Of a stretch of 64,000 nt of DNA, positions 27,500 through 39,869 are shown piece by piece (the first letter of the stretch is position 1; every line of letters starts with the position of its first letter). The DNA is taken from positions 124,001 to 188,000 of the forward strand of contig JAUGWO010000038.1 of assembly GCA_049724395.1 (NCBI GenBank), in the 5' to 3' direction. A program made the position numbers and the translations under genes. Origin of the DNA: Spongospora subterranea f. sp. subterranea. Its lineage: Eukaryota. A model generated the notes under the pieces. The model was not told where the DNA came from. It ran no database searches and saw only the letters and a program-made list of their open reading frames with translations.

Positions 27500-27980
27500 C
27501 CGAATAAGTAAGTGGCTATCAGGAATTATTCTTATTCTTTCTAGGAATAATTTGTTCCGTCTTCGCTATTATAGGGAATTATTCCTCGGGGGGTCTGCAG
27601 CTCTGGACTTATTCGCAATGCAAAACAGGAATAAGGTCAGTATTATTCACGCCAACGCAGGAGCCACAATTTCGTGTGTGTGGACTAAACTTCAACTTTG
27701 CGGACTCGTCGAAGAGGGCGACTGGAGGATTCAGCTCATATCAAATGGGCGCCAGGTCTATCCTGCACCTTATCGACCAAAGAGATAGTTGAGAAGTATT
27801 TCTCACCAGTCCCAGATAATGATGTTTGGGAAGTGCTACCCGACAATCTCGAAATGCGACTATTTTTTTAGGCAAATGCCCATTTATGGGACGAGAAACT
27901 GTTTTTGACAGTGATGGAATAAATATGACTTATTCCGGAATAATTTACTATTTTCAGTGAAGGTATAGTAGTTATTCCTC
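27500..27980. repeat. Segment with clustered GGAATAA/TTATTCC-like motifs at both ends (possible MITE-like element)
   Basis: About 10 copies or variants of the motif at 27502-27650 and 27915-27980, in both orientations. Confidence 0.4.
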
Positions 27981-28269
27981 CCTTTGGATCATCACTAGTG
28001 AATACTTTAGTGGTATCCATGGTCAGCAATAAATAAGGAATCTTTGTTCCGGAACCCCTGCTGGCGATGCCCAGCAGATTTGATCAAACTTCGCAGGTCG
28101 AACTGATTGCCGATTTCAGCATGATGTAGCTGAAACCGGCGATGGTTCTGAAAATATCCTCGTTTGGTTAAGGCCCTACATCTCGGGTCGTTGACAATCG
28201 AGAAACAAAAATCGTCGATGATGTCGATCACAGGTACCGTACTCATGGAACCATTCAAAGGGCCATAAC

Positions 28270-30779
28270 ATGCCCCGACCCTGGTTCAGACATTGTCTTC
28301 AGGTTGCGATTCTGGCAAGTTGCGCCCATGGGTCGCTAACGTCGTCAGACACGGCGACGATCTTAGCCCAGATAAACGGGGGCGCGCGGCGCCGTGTCGC
28401 CGTCGGCCACAAACATGTTCCAGCTGCGGTATAGCGCCACGTTGGCAACGCAGGCCCAAAGCTATGCCGACACGATGCCGAAGGTGGACGGGGACCCCAA
28501 CGCCCTCAACTGGATCGAGGTGTTTCTGCCCTTTGGCAAAACCCTTATGGACGCCTTGAACTATTTCACCGCCCAGGTACAAACGACCAACAACAGCACC
28601 AAACACAGATTATTTGGGAACGATTACCGCTGCATTACGAGTTCCTTTTTTATGTGCGACGCTGGCATGATTGGTTTTGATTGCGGCTCTTGAATTGCAA
28701 AAGCAAATTCCAGAATTGATCTGGCCCCATTCAGAAAACAAACAGCAACGGTTGACGCGAGTCAGCCTGTATTACTCCTTCCAACACTATTACTGTCAAC
28801 CAAAATTCCATACCTGACACATTCCCAGTTTCCTACTATTTTTTTCGACTGCGCTGTTTGTTAATCAGAAGGTTTTCATCGCGTTTGAAAGAATCAACGC
28901 CTGACGTATGATGAATTGCAGAAACCGTTATACGATTATTCCGCGAACACCTGCAATGGATGGTGCTGGGACTATGTGCAATTGGTGCAATCGAACCTGA
29001 ACCTGATCGGGTGCGGCAGCAGCAGCGGGTTATTCCCAGATGGGCAATACCACTCGTACTACGTGTGCTATTTCGACCAGCGCTTCTCCATGGTCACGCC
29101 ATATTCCTCAGGGCCATCGTGCTCCAATTGCCCCAGTACCCTGTCATATTGCTCGACCAATCTCTGCACCAGCGTTGCTCCAAAAACCACCAAAAAACCT
29201 TCCACGAAAAAACCAATTACCAAAAAACAAACTACAAAGAAACCAACCACAAAAAAACCAATCACCAAAAAGCCTACTACAAAGAAACCAACCACGAAAA
29301 ATCCCACCACAAGAAAACTCACTTCCAAAAAACTGACATTGAAGAAGGTTTTAACCACAAAAAGGGGGAGTTTGAGAAGGATCACCACAAGTGCCATCGC
29401 CACGAACGTCGCCCAAACGAAGGGGCTTACGAAGGCGACGACTAGGCGCACGACTGAGGTACCGACAAACGTGCAGAAAAACGTTGGTGACGGTGGGCGG
29501 ACCAACATCGTCTCAACGGCCGTCGACATTGAATGCGACATGGCGAACATCGACGTCAGTAGCTGCACGAGCAACGCCTGACGTAATCTGTCTGAGCGAT
29601 CCGTTGACCATCCAGGAAGGCGACGGGCGGGAACGTGCTGTGCCCGGCAAGTCCAGTGCACGATTACCGGAGCTGCATCAGCTCTCCGACGTGGCCGCTG
29701 CTTACGACCGGATCGCGCTCCATCCAATCGCCCGACCAGCTGCTGGATCCCAACTCTCCGGCCAGGTTCGCCACTGTTCCGGATTCCCCCTCCTTCACCT
29801 TCGCTTTCTGGGTTTTCCCATTCAACTTCGGTCGGCCGTACTGCGATTCAACATTACAGACGTTTGATTGTGGATGGGACCAGGTTCGACACCCACCTCA
29901 TTATTGCAATTTGGCACAAAGGTCCCAGTCAACAAAACGATCGCTATCTTTCTTAATTCAGACGGATCGGTAATGGTCAACGCTAATTTTGAGTTTCTGC
30001 CGGTTTTGCTTTTTATCAATTCCGACTTACCGGGACTGTAGCCATTGTCTTTGCCCAACTTTTTTATTGTTTTTGTTGGTTAAAGGCTCTGTTCTTCCTG
30101 ATATGGTCTTGTCTCTGAGATCTCAACTTAATGTTGATTCTTCTGTTGGTGTTTTGGTTCGAGACACATTTCGAGTTTTTCCGTCTCGATATTTTGTTGT
30201 GCGGCGCAAATCACGTAGCAGCTGCTGATCTTTGTTGCCACTGTCAACAGATTGCTTTAGATCTATGGTCGGAAAGGCGTCAAGTACAACTTTCCCGTCT
30301 GCCCGTTAACATTTGGACTCACGTCACCGTCTCGGTCGACACCGGATATGGCGCTATCTTCGTACGCCCTATCGTCCTCCTCACTCTCGCTCATTCCTAA
30401 TCGGTCATCCTTCCTCCCAACACAGATCTTTTACAACAACGGTTCGGGTGGTAGTCAATGGGTCACGTACGCGTCCGGTGTCGCTCGCCGAAACGACCAG
30501 TTCCAGTTCGCGGGCGATGCGTCTTCGGATCCGCTGCTCTGCCTGGCTGGAGCGTATTACTTCAACTATCGGGTGCAGCCGGCAGATCTACAGAGTTGCA
30601 CCAATCTGCAGGCCAGTACGACCGCCGACCATATTTCGCCGACGCAGCTGACGACGGCGACGAAAGTGATTCCCGTGTACTTCTGGGTTGTACTGACCGT
30701 GCCGACCACGCTGGCGATGGCGATACTGACGGCGATTGTGGCGCTGCGAAAGAGGGCGGGGTTCACCGTTGAGAGATGA
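28270..30779 (+). CDS. CAP/SCP + KKPTT stalk + LamG-like + TM protein, copy 1 (apparent +1 frameshifts)
   Basis: Signal peptide MPRPWFRHCLQVAILASCAHG, R..VSPSATNMFQLRYSATLATQAQSYAD, YVQLVQ..IGCG..YYVCYF, PYSSGPSCSNCP, KKPTT repeats, SFTFAFWV, WTHVTVS and a C-terminal TM. Extra bases at 28378-82, 29477-81 and ~29612. Confidence 0.8.
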
Positions 30780-30969
30780 CCGTTCACAGTCCAATGATGC
30801 ACATTATCCTGCTGCGTCGGGCGAGCGTTTGCTGCGGTTCGGGGAATCCGCATGGGGAATCGGCGTCGAAGAGATCGGCTCTTTCTCGGCCACCGATTCA
30901 TAAAATCGTAATATTTGCTGATTGTTCCTACCTATTGTAATTCCTGTATTGGGACCATTTATTGGTGCT

Positions 30970-32620
30970 CTAAAAGACCATCACGTGATTGCAAACTGAG
31001 AACCGATCGTCATTACTGAATAATTCGGTAAACTCGATATTGTGTGATTGAATAGTTGAGTGTGTGATAACTGGCCGGAGTTGGTGACCACGGGCGATGC
31101 AGGTACAAAAAGCACCGATAAAAAAACTTTTCAAACTTCTCTCCGACCCATTAACCAGTTCGTTATTGTAAACTGAGAGGATTTGAGGAACAACTTGGCC
31201 ACAAACGGGAAGACTATATGCAGGATGCGACCGACCTGGATCCGGTCCAGTATTCATTCCAAATCATCGTGAAGAAATCAGATATGAGGCAAATCATCAA
31301 TCGAGAACAAGGGAACGCTAAACGCCATTGTAAAATCTTCAGGCAGATTTCATACAAGTGGCATTGCATGGGGGTGATGTTTGACCACACTCCACAATCG
31401 GATCAATGATCAATAGTGTCAATTTGCCTTCTTGGATTGTCAATCGCACTCCAGTTTTGCGCAGTAGAACACGTTTTCCATGGCCGCGATGTTTCAGCAC
31501 AATCACATCTGAAGCGTTGGGCTCTTTCCCAATGTTGCTGGTCGACATTTCCAGTAAAAACAGCACCGATGAACCACCCAAGTCTAAGCCAGGGCCCACT
31601 CCTTTCCAGCGGCTGTCGAACTCAAATATTGAGTTGTATGACTCAGTTGGAGATCAATAATGCTCTTGGATTTTACCAATTTTGAATGGATCGGCTCAAT
31701 GACCTTGCTGAACTTGCCTGTGTTAAAACCGTTATTGAGGTTGATCATCACTCAAAAAGCTCAAAAGCGGCACGTTGCCGGTACCCGCCAATACAGCATT
31801 CGGAGTCGTCATCTACGACGATCGCTCCTCCTTCTGGACGGGCGTGAATCATTTCGATGCAACGGAGGGTACGACCTGCCGAGTGGCGGTCGTCAAACTC
31901 AGGGAACTACTCAATCCGGTTTCGTGAATGAGATTGACGGAAAAACGCGAAGCTAAGCTCTAGTCCGTTGAACTAAAGTGGACGCTGTGGTCCGAAGGAT
32001 ATCCACAACACCAGGCCTTGGCGGCAACGCTGTGTGATTCTGTCCAGACTGCAGTCCGATTGATCATTGGGGACCAAGTTGCCACTTCTCCCTCCGTCCC
32101 CAACCTTCTTGCCGTTTGATGAACTGCAGTCGTGTTCCGAGAATTTATTTTTGCCGATTATGGGTTTCATGCACATTAATTGCCTGAACAGGCGGTCCCC
32201 AAACGAAGTTAATGATTCATCCCAATCGCCAACAAATAATTCGACGTTGCTGGCAGGTTGATGTCGGATAATTTTTCGTTGAAAGTTTGGCGACCATATC
32301 ACAGGTTGGGCAACAGGGGATCAAAAATCTCCTTCTTCCACCTTTAATTAATGAAGTGGGGCCTGACATATATGTATTTTGCTCGAGGTTGGTTGGACCA
32401 ATTTGTCTTTCAGGAAAATGGCTCGTTGATAATCCTGATTGATAATCGAAGTTTTGTTTCTGGATAAGGGCTCATCTCGCAAAGCAGATCTTGCAAACAC
32501 TTGGCTTCTTTCACTGCAAATCTGATGAATGATTTTTTCCCTCGGTTGTTGATAGCCCCAATCAGTCTCGTTTCACACTTGGTTTTCAGCTGAGTTTTGA
32601 AAAACTCACGAACAAACGCC
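30970..32620 (-). mobile_element. Possible degenerate MULE-type transposase relic
   Basis: Fragmented minus frames include WNEYWTG and SNP/SVYNNEL, reminiscent of the MULE W...TNNxxExYN motif. Many stops. Confidence 0.3.
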
Positions 32621-32677
32621 AATAGAGAAATCAGTCACTTACATATACGGACCATTGAGGAAAATATTCAACAAAAC

Positions 32678-32749
32678 GCCGTCGTAGCTTAGTGGCAAAG
32701 CGTCCGCTTCGTAAGCGGAAGATCGGGATTTCGATCATCTCCGACGGCA
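32678..32749 (+). tRNA. tRNA-Thr(CGT)
   Basis: Acceptor GCCGTCG/CGACGGC-A, D arm GCTT-AGTGGCA-AAGC, anticodon arm TCCGC-TTCGTAA-GCGGA, T arm GGGAT-TTCGATC-ATCTC. An oligo-T run follows at ~32758. Confidence 0.93.
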
Positions 32750-32757
32750 GAGATGTG

Positions 32758-32765
32758 TTTTTTTT
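32758..32765 (+). terminator. RNA polymerase III oligo-T terminator
   Basis: T run about 8 nt downstream of the tRNA 3' end. Confidence 0.75.
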
Positions 32766-33249
32766 GCCTTGTGTGAGAGACGGAACGAGTTTCAAGGACT
32801 TGTGCTCCAAAACTGACAGATCAAAACAGGTCTCAAAATGGATTGCTACGGTATATCAGGAACATTATGTGTTTAAATTTTCAATTAAACAAGCAATCAC
32901 AATCCTCACTAGGAACGGATTTTCGAAACAGTATCGCGGGAGATCATTTTTGAGATCACAGGCTGATTGGTCAAGACGAGATTTGGACGAGTGCACATTC
33001 TCCGATTTCGTCATGTCGGCCCAAAGCGTTTCACGGGATGATGCCTGATATAGCCGACAAAGTCGATGCAAAAGATGACTCCCCAACCACGGACGTGGAT
33101 TCGCAACCCCATCGAAGCGAAAGCGAATCCGTTCCCTGAAGTTGGATCTGTGTCAATGCAGCAATATTTCCCATTAGACAGGAGTACAGAGGGCCAATAA
33201 TGAAATCATCGATGTTTATCAGTGGCTCCTAAAAATTTGAGCCGATAGG

Positions 33250-35501
33250 CTATGGCCAGGACGCAGCCTCGGGCCATCGCCTCGACACTCTAGGACGGCG
33301 ATGAATCGCCGTCACTATCGCCATTGCCAGCGTCGACGGTAGTGTCAGTAATATCCAAAAATACACCGGAATCGATGAACTTCTCGAGACCGTTGTCGAG
33401 AGCGCCGCCACATCTGCTGTACTACTAGAGTCCAGAGCAACACAATTCTGTATGTCTGCCGCCAAGACCCGATGGTCAAAGTAGTACGCCCCCGCTAGAC
33501 AGAGCTGTAGATCCGACGACTGATCGCCAGCGAACTGGAACTCGCTGTTTTGACGCGTCAGGCCGGTCGCGTACGTGAACGATTGGCCAGCACCCGAGCC
33601 GTTGTTGGAATGGATCTGTCCGGTCCGGATTAGCAAAACTACAGATGAAGGGGCAACAGAAATCGCACGTACGAAAATTTCACCATAGTCTGTGTCCCCA
33701 GAGACGGAGACGTGAGTCCATATTTTTACAGACAATGGTGGAAGTTGCACGCGATACAATTTTGACCATAAATTCAACCAGATCTAAGAAAATAAATTCA
33801 GCATGGTGTCGCGCTGAGTCAGGTATGGAACAGCCAAGGAGCACTTTGGCGACGACAAAAAAGCGTCGGTGGCAAATGCTGAGCAAAACAGTGTCGACGA
33901 GAACACGACTTAAAGTAATAGTGGGTCGTACCGATCCGTCAGACTGTAGCACAACATCGACTTTCTTGTTGTCTGGACTTTTGGTTCCGAACTGCAATAT
34001 TGAGGTAGGGGAAGAACCTGAACGCTGGATAATGAAAACCAATATATCGAGGATTGACCAATTTTATCGACGAACCGAAGCTGATGGGGAATACCCAGAA
34101 CGCAAACGTGAAGGAGGCGGCATCGGGGAGCGTGGTGAACCTGGCTGGAGAGTTCTTGTCCAGGAGCAAAAGAGGGAACTGAATCGGGCGCGCTCCGCTG
34201 GTTATGAGTGGGAATGTCGGCGAGGAAATGCAGCTCTTGCTACGGAGTACCGGACTTCTCGGACACACTGTGTTGATTGTCGCCGCCTTCCGAGTCGTCG
34301 TCCACTGGCTGGAGCGCCTTGACGTAATGGCTATTTGAGACTGTAACATCGTTGTTGTCGCATTAATTGCCCATGACGTAATCGTCGCTGCTGATTGCTT
34401 TGTTTTGGAGGTGTTCGTTGGCCGTTTCGCTGTTCGGACGATCTCTGTTTTGGGAATATTGCTCGTGAATCGCCTTGTAGTAATTATCTTAGTCGTGAGT
34501 CGTTTCGTCATGGGTGCCTTTGTTGTGATTTTTCTGGTCGTTGCAATCGTGGTGGTGGGCTTTTTGGTGGTGGGCTTTTTGGTGGTGGGCTTTTTGGTGG
34601 TGGGCTTTTTCGTGGTAAGTTTTTGTGTTGTGGGTTTTCTTGTGGTTGGTTTCTTTGTCACTGGTTTTTTTGTGGTAGGTTTCTTCGTGGTTTTCGGGAC
34701 AACGCTGGTGCAGAGATTTTTTGAGCAATATGGTACGTTTTTGGAACAATCGGAGCATGATGGCCCTGATTGATATGGCAGGATTCCCCCAGCGACTTGA
34801 TCGAAAATACAGATATAGTACGAGCGGTATAGCCCATCCGGGAACCACCCCACGTAACCGCCGCACCCAACCATGGTTAAACTCGCCTGCACCATTTGCA
34901 CATAGCCCCAACACCATGAATAACTAGAACAGGTATTTAAAGTATAGTTGTACAACGATTTCTAAGACCATCGCAAAACAAGTCAGAATACGTGTCAACC
35001 AGGTCGTGGATGCGCCCGGCTGTCGGAGAACGAATCAAAACAACCAGCCCAATGGGTTTTGGTTATGGCCAATCAACTCATCAAAGAAACAATATCAATA
35101 GCAACATGGACAACGGAATTTGTGATTTCGCTGATAAATGATTCCAGTTGAATTTTGTGAAGAAACGTTCAACGCGCCGAAACCGTTTTCACCTGATTGA
35201 CCCAACTGGCCAGGGCGTCGCTCATTATTTTAGTATAGGGCAAAAACGCTTCAACATAGTTGTTGACGTTGCTTGGCCCGCCAACCATCGTTGGCGTTGA
35301 ATCGGCATAGTCCTGCGCCTGTGCCGCCAAGATGGCGCTATACCGCAGCGTGATCATGTTGGCGGCGGTCGGCGAGACAGATCCGCGTGCTGCGTTCATC
35401 TGGGTCACAATCGTGGTCGGATCAGACATGGACAGCCCTCCATGGGCAAAACCTGCCAGAATCGCAGCCTGAACGCAGCGGTGCAACCAGAGCTGGCGCA
35501 T
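33250..35501 (-). CDS. CAP/SCP + KKPTT stalk + LamG-like + TM protein, copy 2 (apparently intact)
   Basis: Signal peptide MRQLWLHRCVQAAILAGFAHG, QMNAARGSVSPTAANMITLRYS, WGYVQMVQAS..VGCG, KKPTT repeats, SFTFAFWVFP, WTHVSVS, YYFDHRVLAADI and TM VYFWILLTLPSTLAMAIVTAI followed by HRR. Confidence 0.85.
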
Positions 35502-35679
35502 TTGGACCCGACTGGCGAAATGGTTGCACCAGATTCGAGTACCTGGTTTGATCGGGTGTAGAAAAATCGATCGGATCGGGCCTGGATCATTTTGGTTGAA
35601 ACAAAGAGAAAACCCAGACAGTAATGTTCAGTTTTCCCAGTGATATTGTCCTGACACTATCGAATCGAGTAAAATGATT

Positions 35680-36620
35680 CGTGTGTATGTCACTTGTTTG
35701 CTGGAACCCTCAAGATGGCCCCTTGACCGCACTCGATAATCAGTTGTCTGGGAAATACAGCTTTCGCACTGACCGTCAGGAGCAGATTCATTCATTGACA
35801 CAAACGTGTGGTTTGATTCTGTCAGTGCTTATTATTTTTGCGAATAATATTTTCAAATCGCTGTCGATTTCTTTGCTACTTTGTGCTTCTGGTGCATTGG
35901 TAGAAGTTTGTTTCCTGGGTTGTTGCGGCAAAGTTGAGTTGAGATTCAAGCTGTAATTTTGATGCTGCACAATTTCGATCATCTGGCCGCTCAGACGACC
36001 CTGAGCTGTGATCCAGCGATATTTTGCTCCTCGTTTTGAGGCGTCAGTTTTACCTAAGTGTTCGCCTCAATCGAAACAGGATCATGGGCAATATTTGTGC
36101 GATTTTCCACGACGGGCCTTTTCCCGTCTGAGGATTGGGCCAACATTAAACAATTACGAAACCGTGTCGGATGTAATCGCCACTTGGTCCACTTACGTTT
36201 CCGGCAAAGGGCGCCGAAACGATCAGTGGTATTTGGCATTTCATGCATTGTCAGACCAACTGCTCGCTAGCGGAAGTTCCATCGACATTGAATATTGGGA
36301 GTTGGTTGCAGATTGACATGAATGTGGTTGTAGGCAATGACTCTACGTTGAGATACGCCGCCCTGGTCAACAGTCCGTCATGCGTATGGCGAAGTCCCGT
36401 TCATGTTGGTTATCTCCACAAGTGCCTTCTAATCTGGCTGTGGTTATATGACTGCGGTTGTAGTGGTGCAAAAGGGTATCAGCAGTCGTTTGAAAATCAG
36501 ACCCATTTCGCAGAGCATAGAATCTGGATAGTTTATCGCCACAAAAAATCCATTGTTTCATTCTGATTGGGTCCGTTTTCAATAAGATTTCATTGAGCGT
36601 TATCCAATCATTGAATACAG
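35680..36620 (-). pseudogene. Degenerate gene-like segment, paralogous to 39680-39870 plus 41490-42120
   Basis: Shared blocks CCCTTGACCGC, CTGACCGTC, GAAACCGTGTCGG, CCACTTACGTT (a minus-strand AC|GTAAGT donor in both copies), GTCAGACCAA and GCGTTATCCA. Stops in both copies. Confidence 0.45.
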
Positions 36621-36926
36621 AGGATGGGGGGGGGGGGGGGGGAATTGCTGTGCTCTAGACTTTTGATTCATTCAATAAGGTCCTTCATTTTTCGTTGACT
36701 GATGGACGGGCGCCGCTTCAGACAGAGAATACATTGCTCTTCATAACAAAATTAGGAATCCTTTTGTTTGTCGAAAACACTTTCTGAAAGATTGTCAATC
36801 AACCCCAAACGAATCCGTTAAATGATGGTGTTCTGTGTTCTACACGCAGCGATATTTTCACGAGTACAGAGGGCCAATAATGAATTGTCGCAGTTTATCA
36901 GTGGCTCCTAGATTTGAGCAAATAAT

Positions 36927-39517
36927 CTATAACCACGACACTTCCTCGGGCCATCGCGCTGGCGTAATATGACGACGATGAACCGCGATCACTATCGTCA
37001 TCGCCAGCGTCGACGGTAGGGTCAAAAATATCCAGAAATACACCGGAATCGATGAACTTTTTGAGACTGTTTTTGAGAGCGCCGCCAGCTCTGCTGTAGT
37101 AATTGAGTCAAGGACAACACAATTCTGTATATCTGCCGCCAAGACCCGATGGTCAAAATAATACGCCCCCGCTAGACAGAGCTGGTAGATCCGACGACTC
37201 ATCGCCAGCGAACTGGAATTCGCTGTTCTGACGCGACAGGCCGGTCGCGGACGTGAACGATTGTCCAGCACCCGACCCGTTGTTGTAATGAATCTGTACG
37301 GTCCGAATTAAGAATACATCAGCTGAAGGGACAACAGAATTGGCACGTACGAAAATATTCCCATAGTTTGTGTCCCCAGAAACCGAGACGTGAGTCCATA
37401 TTCTTACTGGCAACATTGGAAGTTGCGCGCGATACAATTGTGACCATAAATTCAAAGAGATCTGAGGGCAAACTGTCAGCATGATGTCGTGCTGATCCAG
37501 GTTATCTCGAAAGTCAAGGTGGCGACGATAACGACGATAACAAAGCGTCAATATCATAATGTTGAGAAAAGCAACGTCGACGAGGACACGGCAGAAAAGA
37601 TTTCAAAGAAAACGAGATGAAAATACAGAATTGAAGTGGGTCGTACCGATCCGTCAGACTGTAGCACAACATCGACTTTCTTGTTGTCTGGAAATTTGGT
37701 TCCGAATTGCAATATTGAGGTAGGGGAAGAACCTGAACGCTGGATAATGAAAACCAATATATCGAGGATTAATTTCAACGACGAACCGAAGCTGATGGGG
37801 AATACCCAGAACGCAAACGTGAAGGAGGCGGCATCGGGGAGCGTGGTGAACCTGGCTGGAGAGTTCTTGTCCAGGAGCAAAAGAGGGAACTGAATCGGGC
37901 GCGCTCCGCTGGTTATGAGTGGGAATGTCGGCGAGGGAATGCAGCTCTTGCTACGGAGTACCGGACTTCTCGGACACACTGTGTTGACTGTCGCCGCCTT
38001 CCGGGTCGTCGTCCATTGACTGGAGCGCCTTGACTCTGGCTTCGTCATGGCCATTTGAGACTGTAACATCGTTGTTGTCGCATTAATCGCCCATGACGTA
38101 TTTGCAGATACCAATTGCTTTTCTTCGGGTGTGATCGTTGAATTTTTCGTTGTTTGGACGCGCATGGTCTTGGCAACATTGCTGGTGAATCTCCTAGTAG
38201 AAATTCTTTTAGTCGTGAGTCGTCTCGTGGGTGCCTTTGTGGTGAGTTTTCTGGTCGTTGATTTCTTGATGGTGGGCTTTTTCGTTGTTGTTGGCTTCTT
38301 TGTGGTGGGCTTTCTGGTGGTGGGTTGGTTAGTGGTGGATAATTTCGTAGTGGGTTTCTTTGTGGTTGGTTTTTGTGTAGTGGATTTTCTGGTGGATGAT
38401 TTCTTTATAACTGGTTTTTTGGTGGTTAGTTTTTTGGTGGTAATAGTAGGTTTCTTGGTGGTAGGTTTTTTAGTGGTAGGTTGTTTGGTGGTAGGTTTTT
38501 TAGTGGTAGGTTGTTTGGTGGTAGGTTTTTTGTTAGTAGGTTTCTTGGTGGCAGGTTTTTTAGTAGAAGGTTTCTTGGTGGTAGGTGCCTTGGTTGTAGG
38601 TTTTTTGGTTGTAGGTTTCTTGGTGGTAAGTTCCTTGGTGGTAAGTTCCTTGGTGATTGAAGAATCTCTGGTGCAGAGATTTTTGGAGCAAGTGTGAAAG
38701 TTGCTGGGACAATTGGAGCATGATGTCCCTGATTCATATGGTTGCATTGCTGCAGGCGGTTGATCAAAGTAACAGACGTAATACGAGTGGAATTGCTTAT
38801 CCTCCTGGAACCACGTCATGCTACCGCCGCACCCAACCAGAGTTGAACTCGCTTGCACCGTTTGCACATAGCCCCAACACCATGTATTGATACTACAGCT
38901 ATTCGAGGTATAGTTGTACATTGTTTTCTGTAATCATCAAAACAACAAGTCAGATATGCATCAACAGGTCGTGGATGCTCAGGCTTGGGAGAACAAATCA
39001 AGGCGACTTTCTCCAGATCAACAATAGTTCTTCGTCGTGTCAACACCTCAAAATGGTTGCTAAAAGTCGAAAACGAATGTTTGGCCCCAAACAAGCAATA
39101 TCAAATAACACCATCAAAAGGAACAAAGGAATTTGTTTTTTTGTTTCTCATATACATTTCCTGTTGAAATGGTTCGACTAAACATCCTGTGGCGAATACC
39201 GCTTCACCTGATTATTCCACCTGCTCAAGGCTTCGCTCAGCGGTTTTCCGTAGGGCAAAACCATTTGGACAGAGTTGATGGCGTTTGTGGGCCAGCCATC
39301 CATCACCGTGATCGAATCGGCATAGTCCTGAGCCTGTGCCGCCAACGTGGCGCTATAACGCAGCGCGACCATGTTCGTGGCCGACGGGCGAGACGGATCC
39401 GCGCGCCGCGTTCATCTGGGTCAGGATCGTGTTCGGATCCGACCTGGACAGCTGTCCATGGGCGTAACTGGCCAGAATTGCAACCGGGACACAGCGACGC
39501 AACCAGAGCAACAACAT
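36927..39517 (-). CDS. CAP/SCP + KKPTT stalk + LamG-like + TM protein, copy 3 (longest stalk; apparent +1 frameshifts)
   Basis: Same architecture and intron positions as copy 2, with a much longer (K/Q)KPTT tract. Extra bases at 39386-88 and 37184-85. Confidence 0.82.
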
Positions 39518-39869
39518 TTATTATCGAAACAAACGCCTGGCGTTGATGGTTTCCAACAGTTTCGAGTACATGATTTGATCATTTGGATTGGACGTTTCCC
39601 ACAGTGTAATGTCCTCAAATTACCGAAAACATGAGATTCTCATCGTCACTTGTGGGTGGGAGAACCTTTGAATGTGTGCTCTTGATCCCTTGACCGCCAT
39701 CTGCAACCAACATATCATGCGATCAAAAGTTTCGAACTGACCGTCCGAGGCAGATCTGTTCACCGTGCATGTGCGTTTGATGTTGTCGATGTTGTTCTGT
39801 TGTGAGTAGTCATTTCAACTTCTTGTCGAGATCTTGGCAATGTTGTCTTTCTGGTTCTTGTCCTACCCT

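Noticed and set aside
29068..38697. Val/Gly/Phe-rich membrane-like ORFs (29068-29727 -, 34405-34773 +, 38131-38697 +)
   Set aside because: They are antisense shadows of the KKPTT repeats in the CAP genes.
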